DNA of 61,892 nucleotides, filler included, from Choristocarpus tenellus KU-1152 (taxonomy: Eukaryota > Protista > Phaeophyceae): NCBI GenBank assembly GCA_964200185.2. It is 11 parts of 11 records of this genome, joined end to end, with 100 filler letters (N's around TTAATTAATTAA, not from the genome) between each part and the next. Parts side by side here need not be neighbours in the genome. Positions count along the whole stretch, not along the records: positions 35,755 to 38,651 come from CAXNAD020023820.1; positions 38,752 to 54,370 come from CAXNAD020000960.1; 9 more parts are not named here. The stretch is one strand, 5' to 3'. Positions 38,415 through 51,200 of this stretch are shown here, in pieces. The position numbers and the translations under genes were made by a program. The stretch's first letter is position 1. Each line of letters starts with the position of its first letter. The notes under the pieces were generated by a model. That model saw only the letters and a program-made list of their open reading frames with translations, was not told the DNA's origin and searched no databases.

Positions 38415-39757
38415 CTGCTCCCCAAGGTTTTGTTAGAGACAGGATTGGGCTGAGGCATGACAAGCAAGCAGTACAAAACCTAACACCAAAATAAGGACCC
38501 TCAACAATAACGAGCCTCGTTCGACACAAAACCCACAAACAACCAAGCACAACAACCAGGTTCAAATATCTGGGGGGGGGGGGGGGGGGGGGGGGAGCAA
38601 GGGGGGGAAGGGGGGGGGAGGGGGGGGGGGGGGAGGGGGGGAGGGGGGGGGNNNNNNNNNNNNNNNNNNNNNNNNNNNNNNNNNNNNNNNNNNNNTTAAT
38701 TAATTAANNNNNNNNNNNNNNNNNNNNNNNNNNNNNNNNNNNNNNNNNNNNGGTGTTGGACTCGTTCCCTCCCCATCCCCATCCCCATCCCCCCGGCTAA
38801 TCCACTCTTGCATATCATATTTGATACACTGCCCCCTTGACTACCTTTTGTTCTTGCCTTTGCCTCCCCTTCAAAATTGTTTTGAATGATGCTCGGCAAC
38901 AGGCAACATGGATCACCAGGCTTAGTGATCTACTTGCAGTATGCAAATGCTGCTGGGGGTATCGTTATGTTCCTTGTGAGTGGTCACTACTGAATAGCGC
39001 AACAAAAAAATTGTGTTATTTCAAGACATTTAGTGTACTTAATTCTCCTGGGTGTAGTCTCATTACCTTTTGGACGTTTTTTTTAGTTGTATCACATATT
39101 GGTATTAAAAATTGTGGCAAAAATTCTGCGCGGTGGTAGCATGAAATTTTTCAGTGGAGGTACTATTATGGAATTTTTTGCACCATGTTGCTGTTTTTGT
39201 TTCATTGAGCAATACATGAAAGGGGGGGAGGGGTGTTGATAATGTGATGCTGTTAATATTGTATTTACTGGATGGAATGCTATTTGTATTGTGGTAGTGA
39301 CTAAGGGAGTGGATAAGGGAGAAGCTTATCCCCGCCACCTCTGTACACCCTGACCTGTAGAGTATGGAGGGACTGTATGAAGTAACGTTGTGTTCTCAAG
39401 TTACCCACTAAAGTTGGAGAGAGTTGTAGGGAGGATGGAAAGGGGGGTCAGAGGACTGCCTTGAGGTTTTTTCCAAGAGATGTAGTTATGATACTGTTGA
39501 AGATGGTTTGATATGATGGATGAATCATTCTGATATTTTCCCCTGTTTAGTTGTCGCATCTCCTTTTCTCATCTGTCATTCAACCACCCTGCTATGCTTT
39601 TGCTGCAATTTTTTGGTGTATTTTTTGTTCTATGTTGCAAATAGTAGCTGGACTGAAAGACTTGGATCCCCCCGCATGAGTATTGCCTCTCAATCAGAGG
39701 ACTTTTAAGGCAAGATCATTGTTTCGCAAATTCTCCACCAAAATGTTCCTGTTTCAG

Positions 39758-42700
39758 ATCCCATACCTGGTGCTACACGTGTCCTACAATGGACTACAGT
39801 TTGGCCAGAATATGTTCCTGAGTCGCTGGGTAAATAAGCTGGAGGCAGATGAAGATGACAATGATACCATGTGGGAGTACATTGCCATCAGCTTTGCTGT
39901 CATCGTTGCAATTTTTTCAAGGTAAAGAACTGGACATCATAAGGTTTTGGTGTAACTCTTGTTTGTCCAAGGTGGTGATAAATAATATATCGGGGGGGAT
40001 TGTAGGATGAAAGCATCCTAGTGACTCAAAGGAGCTTAGCAGGCTAGAGTTATCTCTGTGGCTTTCTCTTTTTCAGAACATCCCATCTGGGGTCAGTATT
40101 ATTTTTTGTATGAATCTTAAGTTACTCAAACCCTAATGTGTTCAATAATATGTGCCGATCTCTGCCGTTAAGTCATTGGGATTATGGTTTACCCACACCT
40201 ACATGCACTGTGCCGACACTCCTTGGTTGGTGAACCATCATTCGGAATATCTTGGTTGCTGGTAGGAGTACAAAAAAGTACTCTTACAATTCTAATACTT
40301 GCCTCTATTGTGTTGGCTAATTTGAATATTCTGGTCGTACAATGGAGTTGCTGTCCTCACCGTTAATAATAGGGTCATTTTTTTGGTTGACATGTGATCC
40401 AGGCAATACAATACTCCCTTCATTGTGCCCTCCAAATGTGGGTTAATTCCGGAAAATGAGTTATTATTTTTTGCACGTATACTGGTAAAAGAGTCGAAGT
40501 GATTGGAGGGGTTTTTTACATACATACTGGTAATACAGTCAAAGTACGCAAGAGGTACCCAGTGTTGTATTTTTTCGAGGTTGTTGACAACTATGAGCAA
40601 AATTCGGCTTCTTTTTTTGCAGTAAGTATAGGAAATTTTCTGGATTCTGTCAAAAAAAAAAAAAAAGTTTCAGGCAATGAATACGTCAACACTCTCAAGT
40701 CAAGCATTCACCCATTGAAATATCAAGGCTTTTCACTGGACCAGGCAGTTAGCATGCCCACTGTGAGCTATGTGACTACAGATTGGCCGTGTTGGAACGG
40801 GCGATGGCTATGGACTCGTCCATGTCAGAACTTGGTTGTACGTGGTCAACCAGCAGTTCAGGTCATGTTTAGTAGTGTGATGGTCAAGGACATAGACATG
40901 TTAGAGCTTTTTATCCTTTTTTTTATACTTGGGTCATCCACATCATGGCCATGCCTCCCTATTCACCATTAACTCCTCCGACATTCTCACTGCGCATACA
41001 AAAATGTTCTTCATTATTTTGATCTGAGAAAGTCCAGAGGAGACTCAAAAGATCACTATCATATATACATGCACATGCTGGGGTATAAGTCAACCTTGGA
41101 CATGGACATGGACATGGACATGGACATGGACACATTTTACATTGCTGGACTAACACAATGCGTAGTGGACATGGCCCAGACATGATAGAGAATAATAAAA
41201 TCTGGTTCAGGCATGGACCGGTACAATACTCAACGGTGTGGTCTGGACATGTTAGAGAATGTTTGGCCCAGTCCAGCCAGCAGACATGGACCGTTTCAGT
41301 AGCTAGTAGCTAGTGGACATGGACTGGGACGTTCTAAATATTTGTGGGATTGGTCCGACCAGCGGACGGGACTATTTCAGTTTGCCGGCCCGGTGAAAAG
41401 CCCATAGAAATATGGGCGCATTGCAAAAGATTCCAAAACTGGCTAATAATGCAAAAACGGCCAAAAACTGGATACCTCAAAGTATTACTGGAAAGGTGTA
41501 ACGTAAAACAAAAAGATAGTGGTTAAAAAATATATATTCTTGGAGATTTATTTGGAAATGTTCCCGGTCTTCACACCCGCCATATACGCATCGTACCATA
41601 ATCACCTCCCCTTCCTCAACCCTCCATCCTGCGCCTCACTCTGGCTAAGCTACGACAACGATCTCTTTTCGTCTCTGTCTCTGTCTCTCTAAATAGTTCT
41701 TAAACTGTAAGCTGTCGGTATTATTAGAAACCTTATCTTTCCTGCACACACCCATGCTAATGGCAGGTGTGTCTTTGAGAGCCTTGCTTCACTGAAGGCT
41801 TCAGTGCGCTTGCATGATGCAATGGCTGAGCGGGTTATGCATGCCCCTGTGGGCTGGTTTGAGAAGACCCCCCTGGGCAGGATCCTCAACCGCTTCAGTT
41901 CTGATATTGAAGGGGTGGACAAGGAAGTCATGGATGGCTTGAGGTCAACAGTTGCCTGTGCCTTCTCGGCAGCTTCAATTGTGGTTGTTATCGGCTACAC
42001 GGTAGGTTGTAGTTCTTGCCTGAGGGTGATGTTAGCAGTGTTGTGATACGTGCAGTAGGGGGGAAGGGTGATGTGGAGGGTTGTTTAGAGGTGTGAATAA
42101 GACTTTTTTTGTTTGGCGTGGCGGCTTGTCCTACGTTGTTTGGGGCTGCAGAAAGAGAGGGTAGACAATGGACATACACACAAGAGTGGTTGAATATTTT
42201 TTCGTGGGTCACTGTTTGTTTAAATCCAACATGTGATTCAAAGAGCTCTGTATTGTAAAGCTGTTGATCTTCCAAGAGAGCCAATTGAAACTGGGTAATC
42301 CCTTTTCCAGGTGAGGACAATGATAAGGATGTAAATTCTCTTATCCCTCCTCCATACTCCCTCCCTACCGTCTATCCATGTGCGATGTCACAGGTCCCTT
42401 TCTTGATCTTGTTCCTGGTACCCATATCGGTTATTGCTGTCATGGTTGGGACTCAGTATCTCAACGCCAGCCGGGAGCTGAAACGCCTGGACAGTGTCTC
42501 CAAGTCACCCATCTTTGCACATTCTCTGAATCTGTTGCTGGTGTGTCCACCATGTGAGCCCCAATGGTAACACATATATGTGCAACTATCCTTAACCCTA
42601 TCGGTATATTTGAAGCATCAAGTACTAAGAAGGAGAACATTATAGTGGTGCCCTTTTCCATACACGCATAAATACAAACAATAGGGCCTCACTCCTTCCA

Positions 42701-45700
42701 CCGCCTTTGTGACCTTGAGTACTGTTTGATTCCTGTGTACATTTCGACATGAAATACACCCCCTGCCTCTGCTTACCTCACTTGCCTGGTCTGCCCTTGC
42801 ATAGTCGAGCATTTGGGGTCCAGGAGCGGTTTGTAATGGAGAGCTGTCGAAGGGTGGATACGTGTAACCGGGCCCATTTCTACCTGTGGGTCAGCAACAG
42901 GCAAGTCCTCCGAGTTGGTGCTATTTTACTGGTTGGAGTAGATGTTGGGTGCACAGTTCGTTGTCGGAAGGTCAGGCATCTGGAAGGTGTATGCATGTCT
43001 TGAACATGGTGGACTGGGGAGGGCTGGGGGTTGTTGAAGGCTATGCTCCGGGTGTTGTGCACCTTCAGCGGAATGGTTGTCTAATCCTGGGGAGCACTGG
43101 TTGCTAACAAAGTGTTCTCTCTGTGTTTTTATCTTTAATTTGTGGATCAGGTGGTTTAATGTGCGCATTCAGATTATTGGGGCCATTGTGTCTGTTCTAG
43201 CCGGTTCATTTGTGGTGTGGTGGGGGAAGGACCACATTAAGGCCACAGTGGCGGGACTGGCTCTCCTCTACGCCCTGCAATTCACGGACGCTCTGAAGTT
43301 CCTTGTCCGGCAACATGCTACCCTCGAGATGGAGATGAATTCGGTATGTGCATGTGTGGGGGTGTTATCTGACCTTTTTTTGAAGAAGGGAACCAACCCC
43401 TCTCCACTACACTGCAACCTTGCCCTGAGCCTTGTACTTTGGAGCATACTGTATTCACACCTTACCCCCTCCTTTGACCAATCTCCCTGTTCAATCTCCT
43501 TGTGGGCCTTGTGTTGCAAAGGTGGAACGTATCCTGGAGTACACAGACAAGTTGCCCCAGGAGGCTCCTGCCACCATTGAGGACCGTTGCCCCCCCCCCA
43601 ACTGGCCATCAGAGGGAGCCCTGTCAGTGCGGAACCTCACACTCAAGTACCCAAGCACTGAGACCCCCGTTATTGAGGGGATGTCCTTTGATGTTGAACC
43701 CTATACAAGGGTTGGCATTGTTGGCCGAACAGGTGCTGGCAAGTCATCCCTCATGACAGTGCTGTTCCGACTTGTGGAGCCACAGCCAGGATCAGTGGTG
43801 GAGATAGATGGAGTAGACACTTTGTCCATGGGACTGGAGGACTTGCGGTCGAAGCTTGCCATTGTTCCTCAGGTTTGATATTTTTGTTTCTTCCTCTCTC
43901 TCTCTCTCTCTCTGCGCCTGTTTATGAATGGATGTGTATGTTTCTCAGGTAAACCTAGATGCGTAAAATCCTGCTTAGGATTACGGATTATATTTCTCAC
44001 GTTTTGAGGTAGTTCTTGTGGTGTGTTCTGGGTTGGTCATTGGTAAGTCATGAGAGAGGTTACATTCTTTGAGTGGGCAATGTACAATAGCGTCCCCCTT
44101 TTTGGAGTAGGACTATTGAGGGTACTGTCTCTACCACTTACAGTGTGAGTTATGAACAATCAATACCCAACAGTCGTAGTCACCCTTGAGTGTTATCGTA
44201 TATTGCTTCTTAGGGTATGCCACTTTTCTTAGTTGCAAACCTAGCCATTGTATCTGTAATTGAAGCTGAACTACTTCATTGCAAGTAGTAAGACAATGAC
44301 CACTACAGAGTTGTCTCATTGTGTGTAAAATATGGTATCTGGGGAGAATTGGTCCTCTTGGATGTAACTCTTACATGCCGCTTCCTTCCCCTTCGACTCT
44401 GCTGTCGTTTGTTGGATGACCTTCACGTTTGATTGCGATTTTTGTGTGTGTGACAGGATCCGATTCTCTTCCGTGGCACAGTGAGGTCCAATATGGATCC
44501 ATTTGGAGATTACAGCGATGCTGCAATGGTAGGTCACAACAGGCTTGAATTATGATGCACAGGCAGACATAGTGAACAGCATGTCTATTTGGTACTTGTT
44601 TCTGAAAAGTGCAGTATTAATGGTACCTATTATCACACGACCAGAAATCTCAAGCCCCTGGTTAGGAAGCAGTTTGAGAACACACAAGTTGATCTAAACA
44701 TGAAGTATGTGAATCTTAATGTATGTGCCATATTGGGTAGGATACTTTTGGTATGATGCCAATTAACATGTTGGTACAACATGTGTGGGGATTGTGTACG
44801 CTCCTCTAATATGTTGTTTAGTGATGACAGTACACCGTCATGTTGTGGCCTGTAGTACACACTGTTTTCATCATGCATTGTCTTCTCCAGCACAGCATTC
44901 CTCCTAAGCATAGCCTAGACAAGGCCCTATTGCAACACCATGCCTGTTTGTTGTTGTTGTTGTTGTCCTAGTTTTAGTATACTTAGTCAACAACTTTTGA
45001 TTGGCCAGATCACAGCAAACATGTACCTGTAATAACCAACACTCCTCCAATCTCTATGCCCCTCTACTCAACATGTTTTTCTGGTGCTCAAAGAATCAGC
45101 AATGTAATGTAGACTGGACCTTGATCCACGACGTGTTCCCATGAGATGATATCATTCCTATATCCAACATCGTTTTGTGCTGTGTCACACCCACCTCTGT
45201 CAGTGGGATGCACTGCGGCAGGCACATATAGACACCAGCATATCTAGCTCTGGTGGTCTTGATGCCCCCATTGGAGAAAATGGAGGCAACCTGAGTGTTG
45301 GCGAGAGGCAACTTATGTGCATGGCCAGGGCCCTGCTACGTCAGTCTTCGATTCTGGTGATGGACGAGGCAACAGCAAATGTAAGTACTTTGAGGTTGGG
45401 GATGGGGGAAACAGAAGAGGATAGAGGGTAACCTGTGCGAAAAAGATAGGTGGAAGGGATGGGGGCAGCAGACCAATGTCAAAAGGTAGTAGAGCGTAAT
45501 TTTTGGGGGGGGTTGAGGAGTGCAATCAAGTCCTTAAGAGTAGCTAGTCTGGGGTGGTATGATGTTTGACTGTATTCACCTGAATACCCCGGGAGCATCC
45601 CTACTGGGAAGTTCATTGTTCTTGAAAGACAGTGCCCCTCAACCTTCTTTGTGCCTAATGCAACTGAGATCAGTGTCATGGATGCACCATTGCCCTAGTC

Positions 45701-46629
45701 CTCTGATGTTGTACTTGGTACACCTAGACATGTGTTACTTTTTTTGTCCTCTGTGGTGTCTTGGGCTTCCTCCTTACCCCTTCACTCTTTCCCATGTTTT
45801 GTGCGCTGTGATCAACTGCGATGGCCTGCTTGGGGTAATGCAACACTCTCCACGCCCTATCATACATATATATTGTCTGGTGGTGCATAGGTGGATCCTG
45901 AGACAGACATTCTCATTCAGGTGACTGATTCTTAATTTGTTGTGCATTTCAGTTTGGGGTACCTATTGCGGTTGTGTGTGTGGGTTGGGTTGTTGTGGCA
46001 ATAATGGTACATTTTTGTTCTTGGGTCTGGTTTGCTCTCACAGACCCTGGTGGGGACTGAAACAGACAATGCAGACAAGACCTGAAGTTCCGATATCTAG
46101 TTGTACAGTTGTAGATTCTATACACTACAGTGGAATCTTGTTAGGAACTGATCGAAATAAGGTGGACAAGAACAAGTCTTAATTTTGAACCTTGTAGCTT
46201 CACTAAAAAGACCATCCCCACTCACCTTCCCAGGAACCTGCAACCCCAAACCTACCTCTTAAACTTACAAAAGTTTCTATTTTATGTGTACATACGTATA
46301 TATGTGTCCCCTGTTTACTTGTATCATGTATACTAAAGGCAACAATGCGGGAGGAATTCCGGAACTGCACTGTGCTGTGCATAGCCCACCGCCTTCACAC
46401 CATAATCTACTATGAGAAAGTCATGGTTCTGGAGCGTGGACGGCTTATGGAATATGCTGCACCTGCCACACTACTCAATGATCCCAACAGTCTTTTCCAT
46501 GCCTTGTGTGAGAAGACAGGAGCCCTTGAAGAGCTGAAGGCCACTACCCGGGGCGAAGTTATTGAAGTTGAAATGGAAGGGGAAGGGGAAGGTAATGGGG
46601 CGGAAGGAGGGGAAGTAGGAAGCTCATGA
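39758..46629 (+). CDS. ABCC: ABC transporter C family (MRP-like), 3' half (TMD2 + NBD2), spliced, 5' end missing
   Basis: Exons 39758-39921, 41767-42001, 42394-42553, 42805-42900, 43151-43343, 43522-43872, 44457-44528, 45204-45380, 45891-45920, 46339-46629. Motifs: [29 protein letters not shown], Walker [26 protein letters not shown], signature NLSVGERQL, Walker [14 protein letters not shown]-loop IAHRLHTI. Phases are consistent except for a 1-bp deletion near 42522. Confidence 0.96.
40724..41405. mobile_element. hAT-like non-autonomous element in an ABCC intron; diverged inverted relative at ~24880-25572
   Basis: TIR CAAGGCTTTTCACTGG / CCGGTGAAAAGCCCAT; 8-bp flanks TGAAATAT / AGAAATAT (7/8); internal (CATGGA)n. 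Confidence 0.65.
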
Positions 46630-48206
46630 AGGGTTGCAAGATGTTCGTGATGTAGGACCTTCCTTGCTTGGTATATGCTCCCCATTATGACACTCACATG
46701 ATGTTTTGTTTGCATGTCACTACAGTCTCATTCTATTACATCAAGTCTTCCCACCAATTGGTTACAGGATTCCCATTTTTTCTCCCCGCCCTTCAGCTCT
46801 GAATTTGTTGAGCTCTCATTTTATGAATGCAAGAGTGTGTATGTTCTATGCCTGTCTAACAATTGTGTTGAGTTGATTGGTTCATGAACACTTCTTGAAA
46901 TTTCAATCCTATCGACTAGCTTGAACTTTTGGTAGTAAGGTATAATAATCTAGTTAGTTGATTGCAGAAAGCATTAAAGCATGAGTCTCGTTGTTTTTTT
47001 TTGAGATCGTGTGTTTTTGTTCGAAAGCACTAGCCCAGCAATGGTAGCTTTGGGATTTGGTTTGAACAGGAAGGTCTCGAGTTGTAGAGATTTTTTTATC
47101 CAGGGGACACATCATTTCAAAACTTAAATGAGTTTGTCGGCATATTTGAGTGCGAGTAGTTCATACATGAGAATTGAAGGTAGGATCCTGCAATTTTGGA
47201 AGAATTTTTTTGTGCACATAATGTGCAAACTGTGGCCCTTCTGTTTTGTATATCTCATCACAACTCTGAGGCATTTATGTATTGCAACACCATAACATAA
47301 TAATAGGGAAGGTTCCCATCTTCTGGTTGCTCCATTTGCTTCGTTGAGGCAGCAAGAAACCTCAAGGATGACTGTAAACTGGACAACTGAATACTCTAGG
47401 CATATGATAGCAAAAAAGCTTCTAAGTAAGGTAGTAGTGGTAGCTTTTACAATCTCTGACAACTACGCAGATAATCAGACAAGGAGAGGCAACAAAGATT
47501 CATCAACCTAGCCGTTTGAGGTAGTAGTACTGGCATGAATTTGATCCCCTCATTTAATTATCCGGTCGACTTGGCGCTGAAGAGAAGGGTTGGTCGCATG
47601 GGGATAAAACATTATTAACGGCTACAAAGTATCACCTTCGGATCCCCATCGAGAATTGATACTCAACGCCCGATGGCAGTACATCTATTTGTCTTGGTAT
47701 CCCACTGACAACAAAGTACTTCTAAGGACTACTAGTCAATCTGGACGCCATCAGGACAACTGGAAGATTCTTTGTTGCCTGTTGTACTTCGAAGTGCTTC
47801 TAATTCGACCCTGTAAGAAGAAACACCTGAAGTGACATCATAGTAGGGAATGGAGGTATTAGATTGCATGTACAGGTGTTTTAGGGGAGGCATTATTGTT
47901 ATTGTAAGCTTTGAATTTCGACAAACGAAACCAGATGTCAATATGAGGAAAACTGGTTGGTGTGGACGATGCTATATCCGTCGAACTTATCCACGAAGGA
48001 ACAACTACACCAAACTATATTAACGTATTATTTTCTCTTTACAATCAACGTATATGGAAGGTATATATACCTCTTTTGTAGTAAATTCGTGCTGACCAAG
48101 CCTTCCAGGTTCTTGGTGAGAGACTTACGGTTGGTACACAAGGGTATTGGGACCTAAACGTAACAAACAAGATAGAAGCTATTTTACGCCAACATACCCG
48201 AACCCC

Positions 48207-51200
48207 ATGAAGATGGGCCAAGACAAGGCCAAAAATCTCAAGGCTAAGGTATTGGGCAGGAAAGTTGGCAAAAAGACGACAGAGAGAAAGGATGGGAATA
48301 GTCAGAAGGGACCGAGAAATCGTAGCAAGACTGTTGAGGATCCTTCCCCCAAGGTTATCTACGAGGAAGAGCCCGCAGGCGAGGATGACCATGCCTTCAT
48401 GGAGGAGAACCAAGACTATGCAAACTTCATTCTCTCTCTTGAGTCCTCTAAGCTCACTGTCTTTGGAAAGAAGTCATCCAAGGCGGTCTCTGTAAAATCA
48501 GCTCGCCCTACGTCGACAGTAGATCCACTGGTTTCCTCTGTTTCTCCTCCAACCATTCCTCCCCGAGACCTTGGGGTAGACTCCAAACGACGGAACGCAT
48601 CCACCGCTGGGTGGACCAAGGATGAAGTCGGACCGGAGCGTCTTCCCATCAAGACCAAGGATGGTCTCCTTAAGCCAAACAAACGCATGCTACCCAAGCT
48701 GGTACCTCAAGGTGGGCTGGTAAAGGAGAGTCTGCCAGATGGAAGAGAAACAGGCAATGGGATTCCAACTCCAGGAGTTGGAGAAAAGACTTCAGGCAAA
48801 AGGGATATTTCCAGCGACCCTCTTGTCAGTGGTTCGGAGATGCCCTACAACTCAGGATCGGATGAGGACATGGTGGACTCAATGGACCCTGCCAGCATAG
48901 TTGGATCCCAAGAAGACATAAAGAGAGTTGAGACAGTCCGAAGTAACAGTGGCCCTGGCGAGTTGAATCTCAATGCTCTCATGCAGAGACGCTTCTTGCA
49001 AAAAAAAATGTTGATTGCAGAACTGTGTGAAGCCATTCTTGAAAGTCCTGAGGAGTCCCTGCGGTGCCCCAAGGTTGCCAAAGGGGAGGAATCTGTGTCA
49101 AGAATTGAGGAGCTACATGACCTGGTAAGAGCTCCGTCCTCCCAGGATTGGTGCATGGACTCGTAGGATGAAGATGTAGATAGTCAATGCACTTCGTCAA
49201 CTTTGTGCTTCGAGAAGTCTTTTTACGTTGATGGAGGAGTTACCAGTTATCCATATTGTTGCCACCGTGACCTGAAGTATTGCTACAAACAATGTACACC
49301 ACTGGTCACACAACATACAGTATCTTTCTATTTTTTTCACTCCCAACTCTTGAGCCTATGCCCCTCATGTGCTAATGGATGTTCGGTCAACCTGCCTTTG
49401 GTAACTTTCACGTCTTATTGTACGCACAAGACGGAGGACAATGATCCCCGTGTCTGTCATCTGGCACTGCTCTCCCAATACGCAATCTTCAAGGATATCA
49501 TTCCCAGCTACCGCATTCGAATTCCCACAGCAGTTGAACAAACCCAAAAGGTGTCCAAAGAAGTGCAGCGCATGCGAGGGCATGAGGCAGCCCTCCTGAA
49601 GGCATACCAAGTAAGAGACCCTGCATCATTTTGTGTTTCATCGGAAACATTTATTTCTCCTGTAACCATTTTGGAGCCTAAATCAGGAAAGGCACTGTGT
49701 GGACATTGATGTGACACCAGATATTTCATGTTCTTGGATGTGTGCTACAGACCATAATTCTACTTTTGCCTCCCACAGTTTTCCCCTTGACATGCCTTAG
49801 TACTCAATCGTGACAGATATCAACAGTGAGTGCTATTGAGTTAGTTTGAAGCAAAACATAGTGCTACCAAGTCCCACTGTGTGCAGAGGGTCCATTAGAT
49901 CCTTTCAATCAACTCAGTGTATTTCCTTGTGTCCTCCTCCACCACAAGGCACGTAAGGCCATCCTTTAATCTATTCCACCCTCTTGCATCCACCCTACTG
50001 GGCCTTCCCACAAGATGCACCCTTTCCCTGCCCTATAAAACAGGCTCACTTAAAGGCCCTGGAGGCTGCAGTCCAATTGGCAACGGCGTCACCTCGGGGA
50101 AGATATGCAGGTGGTGGAAGTGGACCAAGTGCAGGAATGTCATCAGTGCGAGCCCGTGCTATGGCAGTGGCAGCTATTAGGTGCATGTGCGGCCTTCTTT
50201 CAGCCCATCCACACTTCAACTTCAGGACAAATCTTGTCCGGGCAGTGGTCTCGGGAACCAATAGCCAACAAGAGGAGATTAGGGAGGCATGTTGTGACTG
50301 TCTGGGGCATGTCTTCACATCAGACTTGCAGGGAGATTTGTCGCTGGAGGTGGTCAAGGCAGTGTCCAAGTTCGTCAAGGAGAGGAAGTGAGTCACCTTC
50401 CCTTGCCCCTTGCGTGTCGATGATGAGGATTTGAGTTGTAGGTATGGGGGAGTATACTTCAGGCACTACTTTGGGATCTTCAATGTGCAGATCTGTTAAT
50501 CCAACTCCTAACTCCTGATGTGTGGTGTTTTAACATGTGGTGGTACTATGGTATTGCGACTTCGAAGGTTTTTGCAGGCCGATCTTCTCTAGGGATTCGT
50601 TGACTTCTGTGTTCAATTCAACCCTTGCTATCACTCCCTACCATGTGCCTATCGCGTTTTTTTTTTAATTACACTGTCAGTACTTTGGTGTACTTGAGCT
50701 GGTTCGGGGATGTAAACAGAGGCCAAAGTGTGACGGCCACTTGTTGTCCTGAGAAATTGGAAACAGCCGCTTAATACATATGAGGCAATCGGTATGTTGG
50801 TATGAGAAGTATTGCTGGTGATGTAAGTTGAACTTATCATACCGTTGTTGATACTCTCACTGTTACACCAGCCACCCGATTTAAATCAATTGCTTGACTT
50901 GTTTATTGAGGTTTACACTTGAGATAGATTTTCTTCCCTGCAGGATCACCATTGGATATGTTCCGCCTGCTGTAGATCCACTAGAACCAACGATTCATAT
51001 TGTCAAGAGTATATATATCTTACCTGCATTTGATGACATTTGCCATGTACAGTACACTCCTCACATCTTGCTGTTGGCTGTGCCATGGTCATACTTGTGA
51101 ACCTCAATATTGGCAGATTCAAGGTGTCAGATAGCACACTTCGATGTTTGGTTGGCCTCCCCCTCCGAGTAAGAGAAGATGAACGTGCCCGTGCAAAAGC

